A DNA stretch of 64,000 nucleotides. Source: Blastocladiella emersonii ATCC 22665 (Eukaryota; Fungi; Blastocladiomycota). Both the position numbers and the translations under genes were made by a program. The notes under the pieces were generated by a model. That model saw nothing but the letters and a program-made list of their open reading frames with translations. It was not told the DNA's origin and did not search any database. Numbering within the stretch: the stretch's first letter is position 1; each line of letters starts with the position of its first letter. Below, one piece after another: positions 49,180 through 61,047 of the stretch. The DNA is taken from positions 1,736,001 through 1,800,000 of the forward strand of contig JANHCV010000007.1 in assembly GCA_025594325.1 (NCBI GenBank). The letters run 5' to 3'.

Positions 49180-49977
49180 ATGGCCAGTCTCCAGCACCTC
49201 GAGGGCACCGACACCACGGCGTATGTCCCTCGCCTCCCGCCCGCGATCCTCCCACACGCACCTGACGTCTGATCGCGACCGTGTAGCACCGACAACGTGG
49301 CGTACATCCAGACCCACGCGACGCGCGGCGACCCGGCGTCGGTGCTGACGGCCATGGACGCGTTCGCGCGGTCGCGCGGCGGCCTGATGCACGTGGGCGA
49401 CGACAAGGGCCCCCTCGTCGTGGAGCGGATCCTGGGCCAGTGGACGCCGACGACGGCGTCGGACGACGAACCCCTCGTCATGGTCGAGCTGGGCGCGTTC
49501 CTGGGCTACTCGGCGGTGCTGCTGGCGTCGGCGCTGCGCGCCAAGTTCCCGACGCGCAAGGTGATCCGGTACCTGTCGTTCGAGGTGGACCCCACGCGCG
49601 TGGCGGCGGCGCAGGCGGCGGCCGACTGGGCGGGGCTCGGCGACATTGTGCGCGTGTGCCACGGGTCGCTCGAGCAGCAGCTGGCGCCCGGCGGCGCGCT
49701 GGCCGACGTGCCGCGCGTCGACCTGTGCTTCATCGACCACTGGAAGCAGCTGTACAAGGCGGACGCGGAGCGGCTGGTCGCCAGCGGCAAGCTGGTGCCC
49801 GGGTCGGCGCTGATTGCCGACAACGTGATCACGCCCGGCGCGCCCGAGTACCTGGCGTATATCCGCGCGCACAAGCGGTTCGACTCGGTGCACTACCCGA
49901 CGGTCCTCGAGTACACGGACGGCAAGGTCGCGGACGGGATCGAGGTCAGCGTGTTCCGCGCCACGGACCGCGCGTGA
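49180..49977 (+). CDS. Catechol O-methyltransferase-like SAM-dependent methyltransferase; intron 49221-49286
   Basis: GDPASVLTAMDAF, LMHVGDDKG, VELGAFLGYS, LCFIDHWKQLYKAD, LIADNVITPGAPEYLAY. Confidence 0.9.
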
Positions 49978-50041
49978 GGTCGCGGTGTTTCACGTGAGGA
50001 AGACTGTACAATATAACAAGAGGAAACGGTTCTGTGTATCT

Positions 50042-50566
50042 AGCTACTCTGCCGCCTCCTCGGCCCGCTTGGCCCCGCGCACGTACTTGGTGTGGCTCCC
50101 GCGGACCGCGAGCTCGCCTTGCTCCGTCAAGATGCGGACCGACGTGAAGGCGAGCGACTTGCCGACGCGGTCGGCCTCGGCGACGATACGCAGCGTGTCG
50201 CCGTTGCGCGCGGCAGCGGTGAGGTACGACACGGCGAGGTCCGACGACACGCCCGTGGTGGCGAACCCGAGCGCGCCGATCGACAGCGACCCGGCAATGT
50301 CGACGAGCGTCGCGGACATGCCGCCGTGCAGGGCGCCGTGCAGGTTCTATCCCGCAGGTGTGAGGGCGGCTTAGGGAGAGGGTCAGAGGGTGCAAGAGTA
50401 CCAGGTGGTGCGGCTCGACACGCATCGAGCACTCGACGCGGCCCGCGGGCGTCGCCGTCTCGACCCTGAGCCCGCTCAGCAGCAGGGCGTTGAACCCGCC
50501 CTTGGCGACGCACGCGGCGAGGTACGCGCGGGCGTGTTGCAGGGACTTGGTGCAGTGGGCATGCAT
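50042..50566 (-). CDS. Acyl-CoA thioesterase 13/THEM2-like HotDog protein, copy b (1 intron)
   Basis: KGGFNALLLSGL, VECSMRVEPHHL|NLHGALHGGMSATLVD, GVSSDLAVSYL, VGKSLAFTSV, GSHTKY. Confidence 0.9.
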
Positions 50567-50581
50567 TCGCTCCGTATATTC

Positions 50582-51198
50582 TCAAGAACTCAGGGTAGCA
50601 GGGTCGACGCGCTCGACGCCGCGGACGTACTTGGTGTGGCTGCCGCGCACCGCGAGGGTTCCGTCGGTGGTCATGATGCGGACCGAGGTGAAGGCGAGAG
50701 TCTTGCCCATGCGGTCGGCGTCGGCGACGATGCGCAGGGTGTCGCCGGCGCGCGGGGCGGCCAGGTACGAGACTTGGATGTCGGCGGAGACGCCCGTCGC
50801 GCTGTACCCCAAGGCGCCGACGGCGAGCGAGCCCACGATGTCGACGAGCGTCGCGCTCACGCCGCCGTGCAGGGTGCCGTTCAGGTTCTAGGCGAAGCGA
50901 GGGGGTGTATTGGTGACTGTGGGCGGGCGCAGGGAGGGTGGCGGACGTACGAGGTGGTGCTGCTCGACCGGCATCGTGCACGCGACGTGGCCAGCGGGGT
51001 CGGCGTCCTCGACGTGAAGCTACACGTCCCACGGGTCAGCACTTGCGCCCGCACAACTGCCTCAGCGCGACAGCGTACCCGACTGAGCACGACGGCGTCG
51101 TACCCCTGCTTGGCGAGACAGTCGCGCAGGATGGTGCGGGTGTTTTGCAGCGACTGGGCGCGCGTGAGGGTGCGAGCGGCGGCGGCGAGCGGGGTCAT
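50582..51198 (-). CDS. Acyl-CoA thioesterase 13/THEM2-like HotDog protein, copy a (2 introns)
   Basis: KQGYDAVVLSR|LHVEDAD..VEQHHL|NLNGTLHGGVSATLVD, GVSADIQVSYL, GSHTKY. The ATG sits in GCCGCCACAATG. Confidence 0.9.
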
Positions 51199-51807
51199 TG
51201 TGGCGGCGGGGAGGGAGGAGCGAGCAGCACGACGGCGGGTTCGGCTTCGTCGTCGGGGCTCTTCTGCAGCAGGGCGCCGAGGACGGGGAACGGGTCGAGC
51301 GAGGTGCCCGCGCGGACGTGGAAGTAGATGGTGGTCGAGTCTGGGCTGCACACGGCGAGGATAAGGTTTGGTGGCGGGTCGGTGTGGCCCGCGGACGCGA
51401 GGGCGGCGAGGGACTCGTCGATGCTACACCGCGCTCGGGCGTGAGTTGGAGCGCATGCTTGGCGGAGTGGGCGGGACACATACGCGCCGAGCGGAAAGCG
51501 GGTCAGCATCGGCCACGCGAGGATCCAGTATTCGGCCGTGTCGGGGTGCAGCTGCGCGAGGACGAGGCACTGCGGCAGGCCGGGCACGACGATCGGTTCG
51601 GCCGACGCCCAGAAGCGCGCTATGCGGCTCTCTGCGTGTCAGCGTGCGTCTCTCAGAGCGGGAGCGGCGCCGAGTACCGTAGCGCAGGTCGGCGAGGACC
51701 TGGGCGACGTGGGCGGCGTGGCGCGGGGCCTTGGCGAGGGCGGCCGAGTCGGCGTCGTGGTGGCGGCCTCGGTGCGGGCCCGGCGTGGCCGTGTCGGGAG
51801 CGTTCAT
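51195..51807 (-). CDS. tRNA-splicing endonuclease subunit Sen15-like (2 introns)
   Basis: Spliced VAQVLADLRY|ESRIARFW..YWILAWPML..LGA|IDESL..NLILAVCSPDSTTIYFHV resembles the Sen15 LAIVxxDSTIVYY motif. Confidence 0.7.
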
Positions 51808-52382
51808 GGGCCTACGTTTGCGTGGCGCTGAGAGAGGGAGAGAACGAGCGACGCGGCGGTCATTTGCACGTTGAGTCGGCGGCGCGTGGGGCGCTCGTGA
51901 CGCGTCGCCGCTCCCAACGGCCGCGTTCGGCTGCGCATCGCTCGCCCTCCCTCTCTCACTTCCCGTTCCCCATAACGCTGAATGTATCATACGCTGCCTG
52001 CCGTGTAACTGGCAGCAACACGCACCCCACGCATCGACTCGAACGGACTCCCGAATCGGGCGCCCCCACCCCATTCCCCAGCACAGCTGAGCTCCGCCCC
52101 GGCAGCCCCCCTCGGCCCGGGCGAGCTCTCGACACGGTGCTCGGCCACTCCAGCGCATCCGCTCCGCGCGCCGCTGACGCCCGCCTGCTCCTGCCCGCGG
52201 CTCCCACGCCGCCGCCTTCGCGTTCCCCGACGCGCGACCCACCCCCGCGCACCACCACCACCGCCCTCTCGACGTGGTTCCGCCCGCCCGCCGCACTCCT
52301 CCGCCTCGTCCTGCGCGTGACCGCGCGCCGCCGCCGCCGCGCCGCCAAGTTCGCCGCGAGACCGTCCCCGTCGGGCCTTGAG

Positions 52383-54432
52383 ATGGCGTCGTTCATGCAG
52401 CCCGACGAGCCCATCGGTGCCGGAACCGCCACTGGCGGGTCCATGGACCAGCTCATGCACTCGGGCGGCGCGTCCATGGCGTCGTCGATCGGACTCAGCA
52501 ACCCGAACCTGCTCAACCTGACGGACGAGGAGCTCGACGCGCAGATCCAGCAGGCCGCGTACCTCCCGACCGCCAACACCAACGCCATGGTGGATGCGGG
52601 GACAGGTGCTGGGTCGCTGTCCATGTCCACGTCCACGGCGACCGTCACCCAGCAGCAACCGCGCGCCCCCGGTCTCACGCACGCGTCGTCGTCCACGTCG
52701 ACCATGACGGGTACGATCATGGGCGGGTCGCTGTTCCAGACGCTTCCCACTTCCGGAAACAACGGCGGGCTGGCGCCGTCGCAGCGCAACGCGTCGACGC
52801 CCGGGTTCTGCTGCAACATTGAGGTGTCGCTCGACACGCTCAAGCAGACGGTGCTGATGCAAGCGCAGGGACTCGAGCAGCAACCGCCCAACCCCGCCGT
52901 GCCTGCCGGCACGCGCACGCTCGAGGCGAGCACGGCGCTCGTCAACCTGATCCGGGTCGTCGACACGCCCAAGGCGCACGACGGGAGCGGGTCGTCGTAC
53001 ACGGCGTACGTGATCAAGTACGGCGACCGCGAGCTCAAGCGCCGGTACTCGGAGTTTGCCTCGCTGCGCAAGTGCCTGGGCAAGCTGTACCCGACGCAGG
53101 TGATCCCGCCCATCCCCGAGAAACACTCGCTCGCCGACTACGCGACGAAACAGACCCGCGCCAAGCAGGACCGCGTCATCATCGACAAGCGCAAGCGCAT
53201 GCTCCAGCTGTTCCTCAACCGGATCGCCTGGCACCCGATCCTCTCGACGGAACACCTGTTCCACCGGTTCCTCGAGCCGGGGGTGCTGTGGAGCGATATC
53301 CTGCACTCGGCCAAAGTCACCACGCTGCCGAAATCCTCGGCCGCCTCGGGGGTGGGGGGCGTGGGCGTCGTTGGCGGCGTCGTGGTCGGGGCGGGCGGGA
53401 GCGCGGGCGTGGCGGGCGCCGGGTCGTCGCTCGCGGCCTCGTTCCTGTCGACGCTGACGAGCGCGGCGACGGGCAACAGCGGCCCGCCGGCGACGGCCGT
53501 CAAGAACCCGGACCCGAAGTTTGTGCAGATCGAGGAGTTCACGCTCAAGTTCGAGTCGATCCTGCGCGACCAGCTCGAGAAGGCGCACCGGCGGCTCGGC
53601 AAGCGGTACGTCGAGCTGTCGACCGACTACACGGAGCTCGCCGCCGCGTACAACGCGCTATCCCTGTCCGAGGCGCCCGCGGTGGCCTCGGCGCTGGACC
53701 ACGTCGAGCGCGCCTTCAACCACCACCACGGGTCGATTGCGAACCTCGCGCGCCAGCTCGACGAGGTGGTGGGCGAGCCCCTGCACGAGTACGTGCAGTT
53801 TGTCGAGGTGATCAAGGGCGTGCTTCGGCACCGCACCGAGCACCAGCTCGCGTTCGAGGCGACGTGCGACGCGCTCGAGGCGAAACGCGCGTACCTCGCG
53901 CAGCTCGAGAAGATGGAGGCCGAGGCGCAGCGGCTCAGCGACGCGCTGCGACGCGAGGGGTACGTACTTCTTTTGTGGGAACGGGTGCGGGCGGGACTGA
54001 CGTTGGGGGGGGGCGTGTAGCGATCCGACGGCGACACCATCGGGCACGTTGGGCGGCTCGTCGAGCCCGGCGCCCGCCAAAAAGGCAAGCAGCAGCGGCG
54101 GCATGGGCGGCGGGTTCGTCTCCGCACTGAGCGAGCGGTTCACGGCGATCCTGGACGCGGACCCGGCGGCGACGCGGCGGCACAACCTGGCCAAGACGCG
54201 CGACGTGATGGCGCTGCTCGAGGCGCAGCGCGAGAAGCAGTCGAATGACGTGGTGCAGGCGTCGGCGGCGATCGCGCAGGACCTCGACCGGTTCCAGCAG
54301 CAGAAGGCGCGCGACCTCCGCGACATGCTCCTCCGCACGGCGCGCGCCCACGCCGAGTTTGCCCGCAAGAACCTCGCCCTCTGGCACGACGCGCGCCGCG
54401 AGGTCAGCAAGATCCCGACGGGCGAGCTGTGA
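52383..54432 (+). CDS. PX-BAR sorting nexin, Snx41/Atg20-like; intron 53960-54020
   Basis: KRRYSEFASLR..LYPTQVIPPIPEKH..KRKRMLQLFLNRIAWHPIL..FLEP, followed by BAR coiled coil. Confidence 0.9.
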
Positions 54433-54625
54433 GTGCTCGCGTGTGTGTTGTTTGAAGCGTTTTCTTTGTACTCTTGCTGTGACTGCGTGTCAGGGGAGGG
54501 AAGAGGGTGTTGGGGAGGCGTGGCGCAAGCAAGGGAACTGGCGCAAGTCGCTGCTGTGCCACCCACCGACCCGCCGACTCGGGTGATCGCAAGCGGCGGG
54601 CGCTGGGGCCAACGCGCCGCTGCAG

Positions 54626-54723
54626 GGATTTTCATGCCGACGCATCTGGTGGTGGCGAGGGTTATTCTTGCGACGGATTTTCATGCCGACGCATCTGGTG
54701 GTGGCGAGGGTTATTCTTGCGAC
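54626..54723. repeat. 49-bp perfect tandem duplication (intergenic)
   Basis: GGATTTTCATGCCGACGCATCTGGTGGTGGCGAGGGTTATTCTTGCGAC at 54626 and 54675. Confidence 0.9.
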
Positions 54724-54899
54724 GACGGCTGCCGTTGTCCCTGAGCGCTGGCCTGGTCGGCGCCGACCAACGAACGGATTGCACGCGAGCGCGAGACAGT
54801 CACGCGGCGATTGCGAGACGCGCCGCGCTCCCTCCGCCCGCGACCCCGTCCCCATCCCGTAGATCCCGCACTGCGAACGACGACTTGGTGCAACTCGCC

Positions 54900-55346
54900 A
54901 TGCTCGCGCGTCGCTCTTACCTCCTCCTCATCGCGTCCGTGGGGCGCCCCCGCTCGGCCGTGGCCGCGGCGACGGCGGCTGCGAAGGCCAAGGGATCCGC
55001 GGTATCCGGCCGCCGCCTTGGTGGACCCACGCTGGCCATCCCCGCTGCGTCCTCGGATTCAACCGCCCACGCGATTGCCCACGGCGGCGGCGTGTGGCGG
55101 CGGCAGTCGCAGTCGACGAGCGGCGCCACGGGTCCTCTCCGCTCCGCGCCTCCGCTCCCGCTGACTACGCCGCTTCCGTCCCCGTTGCTCCGTGGCGATG
55201 CGACATCGTTTCGCGTCGCCGCTGCCGCCTTTGCGCTCCGTGGGGCCGGCACCTCGTCGCGCGCTGGGGTTGCTGCTGTTTCCCTCGGCGCGCGGCGGGC
55301 CATGAGCACCACCACCACCGTGGCCACGGCGTCAAAGCCCGTCCAG
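54900..55346 (+). CDS. Probable alternative first exon (mitochondrial-type presequence) of the lipase gene
   Basis: MLARRSYLLL..RRAMSTTTTV, 149 codons ending at CAG|GT in phase 0. The next AG (55525-55526) rejoins the lipase frame. Confidence 0.5.
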
Positions 55347-55433
55347 GTATAAATGGGCGACGTCTCCCGCCTCTCCCCCCTCCTCTCGCGTCTCTAACCC
55401 TCGGGATTCCCTCCCTCCTCTCCCTCTGTGTCC

Positions 55434-56649
55434 ATGCCATCGACCACAACCACGACTACCATGACATCGACTGCTCCAACCGCGACCGCCACCACGGCCA
55501 TCACCCCGACCGTCGCCACGGCCAAGCCGACGCCCGTGGCCCTGCCCATCGCGCCGCCCGCGCGCGCCGCCGCGGATGAAGATCTCGCCAACCCCAAGGA
55601 GGGCGAGTGGACGACGCTCGCTGACGGGACGCAGGTGTACACGCGCACCTGGCGCGTCCCTGTACGCTTTCCTCTCCTCCCACCCCTCAATCCCTCGCCA
55701 CTGACCCCGCAATGTGTAGGACGGCACCCCGCTCCGCGCGACGCTGACGTGGGTGCACGGCCTCGGCGAGCACCTGGGCCGGTACGACACACTCTTCACG
55801 TCCTACGCCGCGCAAGGCATCCAGGTGCACTCGTGGGACCAGCGCGGGTTCGGCCGCACCGTGCTGCGGTCGGGCAAGAAGGGCCACAACGGCGGGTGGC
55901 GCGTGGTCATGGGCGACGTGAAATCCGCGCTCGAACGCAACACGGTGGACGGGGTCCCGCGGTTCCTCGGCGGCCAGTCGATGGGCGGCCTGATCGCGCT
56001 CGACTTCCACCGCCAGTTCGGCGCCATGATGGCGCTCGCGGGCGTCATCGCCACCTCGCCCGCCGTCGCCACCTGGCCGCACCAGCGCCCGCCCGCCGCC
56101 GTCGTCGCGCTGCTGCGCGTCCTCAAGAAGGCCGCCCCGCGCGCCGCGCTCACGTCCAAGATCGAGGCGGGCACGCTGTCGCGCGACCCCGCCGCGCTCG
56201 CCGCCCACGCCGCCGACCCGCTGATCCACGCCGCCATGTCGCTGACGACGGGCGCCGCGATCCTCGACTCGGGCGCCGTGCTGTCGTCGGCCGCGGGCGC
56301 GAAGATGATCCCGGACAAGATCCCGCTGCTCCTCGCGCACGGTACCGCCGACGCCGTCACGTACGCGCCGGGGACCGAGGCGCTGTTCGACCACGCGGAC
56401 CAGGTGACGGACCGCACCCTGTGGCTCGTCGAGGACGCGGTCCACGAGCTGCACCTCGATGTTGAGCCGGTCCGCGGCGAGATGGCCGCCCGGTACGCGG
56501 CGTGGATCCTCGACCGCGCGGATTGCGTGAAGCGGGCGGTCTTGGTCAAGGAGACGCTCAAGTTTGGTGAGGCTGCGGCGCCAAAACCCGCGGAGGCCGC
56601 GGACGTCGAGGTGGCCACGGCCACGGCGACCACGACCACCGTCGCCTGA
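55434..56649 (+). CDS. Alpha/beta hydrolase, monoacylglycerol lipase/lysophospholipase-like; intron 55662-55719
   Basis: VHGLGEHLGRY, WDQRGFGRT, nucleophile GQSMGG, LLAHGTAD and HELH. Confidence 0.9.
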
Positions 56650-56735
56650 GAAACGAAGAAACTTTGGGAATGGGAATACCGCTTGTAAATAGACTGCATC
56701 TTGCATTTCATTGCACAAAAAAATCGTCTCCATCA

Positions 56736-59700
56736 TCAGCGCCCGCTCGCGCTGCTCGCCGTACTCCCATCCCCGCCACCTAACATCAGGCTGCCGACCT
56801 CGAACTTGGCCTTGGCCTTGGCCTTCCCCTTGCCCTTCGCTACGCCGCCGCGGTGGTGGTGCGCGGCGCCGAGGTGCGGGACAGGCGTCGGTGCTGCTCT
56901 TGATGACGGGCCCGCGGTCCCGTTCGGCACACCACTGAATATCCCTTCGGCCGTCGCTGCGTCGCCGTTACAGCACGCGTCCTCGCCCTTGCCCGCCGCC
57001 TCGGGGCTCGCGGGCACGCGGATGATCCGGGTCACGGCGTCGGCGCCGGTGCGACGGGACAGCGTCGAGGGGACGTCGAACGGGTCGTCGCGCCTCCCGC
57101 CGCCCGCGACGGACGACGCAGTATCACCCTGCGTCGGCGCGCCGTCGTCGTCGCCGGCGACGAGCAGGAACAGCGGGAGCACGACGAGTCCGCCGGCGAG
57201 CCCGGCGCCGAGCGTCGCGAGGTACATGACAAAGTAGTACTTCCTGAAGATCGCCGACCTAGCGAACGCGAGGACCGCAACCCCCACCAACTTGGTCCAC
57301 CCGATCCCCGACAGCACGCTGGCGCCCGCGCCCACAAGCGCGCGGGCCGTGCGCTGGGTCCGGGTCAACCCGACCCCGCCCGCGCGCGCCGTCGCGAGCG
57401 CGTACGCGCGCAGGACGTGGACGCAGAACTCGACGCCGAGCCCGGTGCCCATGACGAGGTTGACGACCGAGACGCCGTTGAGCGGGACCTGCGCGGCGCC
57501 GAGCGCGGCCGCCGCGAGGAGCGTCACGACGACGGCGAGCGCCGCGACCAGGACCACCGCGTGCCGCACCGAGCCCAGCAGGACGACCGCCGCCGCGAAC
57601 ACGACCAGGTGCGCGAGCCCGAGCAGCTTCCACGTCAGCGCGGCGAGGTCCGCGTACTGCGCGAAGAAGGGGTGGAAGACCGAGTACACGTCAATGTCCC
57701 GGCGCTGGGTCAGCCGCGCCGCCTCGTCCGCGACCGCCGTGTGCGCGCCGAGCGCCGCGATCAGCGCCGTCTGGTTGCTCAGCGGGACCGACGCCGCGCG
57801 GAACGCGAACGCGACGCGGTCGCCGCCGCCGCCGCCGCCGCGCAGGCTGACGGTATCCGCGTACGCGCCGCCGGCCTGCGGGCACGCGGCGGACGGCGAC
57901 GCCGCGAGCCACTGCGCGAGGAGCGGGCGGAGGTCGCCCGCGGCGGCGAGCGTGGCGCGGAGACTCGTCGGGTCCCACCTCCCGGGCGCGACGCAGGGGG
58001 TGCAGTCCGCGGGATCGTCCGTCTCGGGGTCGCAATACCCGTTCCCGCCAACGCGGCGCGAGCAGCACGCGGGCATGGCGAACGGGTCGTCGGCGTCCTC
58101 GGCGGGGGGCGGCTGGAGCCAGTACGCGAAATCGTCGAGCCACGCGGTCGGCGGGGACGCCAGGAAGCTCGCGCTTGGCCGCTTGCGCTCCTGCTCGAGG
58201 ATGTTGGGCAGCGACACGTTGCGGCAGTCGGCGAACCGGCCGCACTGGTCGGCGAGATCGCCGAAATTCCGCAGGTCGGCGCCGAGGACCATGTAGTAGA
58301 CGGGCGGGCCGACGTCAAAGTGTTGCTCGAGCCCGTCAAAGTACGCGGCGAGGTGCGAGTCGGCGGGCAGGGCTTCGCGCTGGTCGAGCCCGAGCTGCAC
58401 GTTCCCGGCCAGCAGGAGCGCGCTGCCGAGACACACGCCGGCGACGGTCGCGAGCAATGCGCGGCGCCAGCGGATGAGCCACCGGACGTACCGCGTCCAC
58501 GGTTTCGCCGAGTGCTTGAGCTCGGGGACGTGGATCAGCGCGAGGACCGCGACGAACAGCGTGCACTGGAGGAAGAAGAGGCACGCGAGCGTCGTCGCCG
58601 CGTACAGGGCAAAGGTGGCGACGGCGGGGATCTCGACGAGCGACGCGGCCAGGAACACGAGCAGCTCGCACGTGAATGAGAGGAGGAACCCGGGCCCCTG
58701 GCGCGCGAGCGCGGCGGCCACGCGGTACTGCGACGTCGGGAACACGCGCACCGCGTGCAGCGCCTCGACGAGGAGGAACACGTTGTCGACGCCGATGGCG
58801 AGCGCGAGGAACGGCAGTACCTCGAGCAGGATGAACGATGCGGGCACCGCGGCCCACGCCATGATGCCCATGGCCATGCCGACGCTGAGCAGGACGAGCA
58901 CCACCGCCGTGAACCCGACGGTCGCGCTGCGCAGCGTCGCGATAATGTACCCGACCATGGCCACGTACGACACGGCGACGATCAGGGTGTCGGCGGACGT
59001 GGCGCGCGCGACCTCGGTCTCGATGGACGACTCGGTCGAGTACGCGAGCTGCAGATTTGCGGGACCGCCGCGCAGCTCGCCCGCGCGCCGCGCGAGCACG
59101 TCGCGGAGCCACGCCTCCCACGCCTCGGCGCGCTCGACGACCAAGGGCTGGTCGGCGCGCCGCGCGTTGACGTTGACGTACGTGACGATGAGCGCGCGGC
59201 GGTCGCGGTCGAGCACCATATCGGGCCGGAGCGGCTGGTTGAATTTCGGGAGACACGCCGACTGCGCGGGGTTGGCGAGGCACGACTCGAGGTGTGCGCG
59301 CCAGCGCGGCCCGCTCGCCGTGAACTTGGCCTCGTCGTCCTGCCAGTACCCGGTGATGGACTGCACAACGCACCCGTCGGGCGTCGGGACCGCGGGGAGC
59401 GGGTGCAGGCACACGTCGGCGAGCGAGACTCCCCCAAAAGTGCTGCGGGACTTGATCTCGGCCTGCAGGTCGAACAGCGCGCGGATCGCGGGCTCCGTGA
59501 CGATCGACGCCGCGTCGCTCGCGTTGGCGCGGGTCAGGAACAGCTGCTGGGTGCGGTAAAAGGGCCCGAAATGCTCGTCGAACTTGGCCTTGGCGAGCGC
59601 CGCGCGCGACGCGGGCGGAACCCACAGGTCGATCGGGTCAGTCACGACGCGGTGCGGGGTGACGACGAGGCCGGCGGCGCACGCGGCGGCGACCGCCAAC

Positions 59701-61047
59701 GCGACGACGATCGTGAGGATGGGCCGGTGCGCGCACGCGAGGCCGAGACGCAGGAACGCGGCCTCGACGAGCGACGTGGGCGCGGGCGCGCGGATCACGT
59801 TGACCTCAATCTCGATGTCGCCAGGCCCGACGACGACGCCGCGCGACACGGGGTGCGACCGGTGCCCGAGCTCGTCCTCGATGCTGTCGGCCTCGGACGA
59901 CGCGTCGCTGTCGTCTTCCTCGGCGCCGGGGACGGGCTTGACGCCGCGCGGCCACTGCGCCTCGGTGTCCGCAGCGGGACCGTCGAGCAGCCGCGCGCGC
60001 TCCTCGTCGTCGCGCGTCTGGGCGCGCTCATCCTCGTCGTCGTGCCCGTGCGTGGGCGACTCGACCCGCCGGCCGTCGGACCCGGCGGCCGCGAGCCTGC
60101 GTCGCGTGCGGAGGCGGCGCCACTTGCGGGCGGCGACCTTGGTGCCGAGGACCGTGCCCCATGCGGCGAGGAGGACGAGGACGATCACAGCGCCCGCGAC
60201 GGCGCGGCACGACCAGGTGCCGCAGTCGGGGAGCTCCGAGATGAGCCCTGGCCGCCCACCCGGGATCAGCGGGTTGTGCAGGGGCGGGAGGACAGGGCAC
60301 ACGGGCGAGCAGTCGACGCACGAGCACCGGTGGGCGTCGCCGGTCGACCCGTTGCACGCGGCGGCGGGTGGGCCGTGCGGGGTCAGGGCGGTCGCGCTGG
60401 GCGCGGGGAAGGCGATGGGGAACGGCGACCCGCCGACCTCGGGTTTCGGCGCGCCCATGAAGTCGAGGAACGCCTGCGGGGTGCGGGCGCCGCCGCCGAT
60501 AAAGTCCATGGCGAACCGGTTGTCGGCGCCGAACTTGATGTCCTTGCAGCTGTCGAAGAAACCCGTCGCGAACGCCGGGTCGACGGCGTAATCGACGCCC
60601 ATCACGACCTGCTTCCCCGATGGCGCGAGGGTCGCGGTGGCCGTGACGTTGAGGAAGCTCGCCTGGTCTGGGTGGCAGATAAAGTCGCACCAGAAGGCCT
60701 GCATGTTGTCCCAGCACGCGGGGCACGCGGCCACGAACCGCGCGGCGATCTGGATCGACGACTCGAGGGTGCCGAGCTGCGCCGCGTCGCAGCACACGGG
60801 GCCCGAGGCGTACCGCGCACCGCACTTTTGGACCAGGCGCGCGCGGAAGTCGGGCGACGCGGGCTATCAGGGGAAGCGGTGTCAGGGTCATGGCCGTGGT
60901 CGGCGGCCAAGGGGAGCGTACCTCGACGGCGGGCAGGTCGACGGGGCAGTTGAGCGGCGGCGAGAAGGCCGACTTGCGGCCGCACTGGCCGTACATGACG
61001 CAGCGGCCCTGGCCGGTGGAAGGCGGGGCGGCGGTGGCCATGGCCAT
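56736..61047 (-). CDS. NCR1: Niemann-Pick C1-like sterol transporter; intron 60864-60921
   Basis: RCVMYGQCG..LNCP, CCDAAQL, CPACWDN...FWCDFICHPDQ, CSCVDCSPVC, FGPFYRTQQL, sterol-sensing domain (LEVLPFLALAIGVDNVFLL), SVFHPFFAQY. Confidence 0.96.

Noticed and set aside
48055-49893. 612-aa minus-strand ORF and others across 48.0-49.1 kb
   Set aside because: Arg/Ala/Gly-rich and partly antisense to COMT, with no domain signature.
50881-51351. SEN15-thioesterase a fusion protein by splicing
   Set aside because: The candidate GTCCGC donor with CAG/AAG acceptors keeps the SEN15 frame and still hits the TGA.
51198-54020. 940-aa ORF as the sorting-nexin start
   Set aside because: The first ~395 codons run antisense to SEN15 and across the promoter. 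The plausible start is MASFMQ at 52383.
58755-60953. Very long ORFs antisense to real genes (also 14606-16261, 25348-27189, 51987-53588, 4159-5991, 8305-9384)
   Set aside because: They are shadows of strongly C/G-ending codon usage in GC-rich CDSs and have no recognisable motifs.
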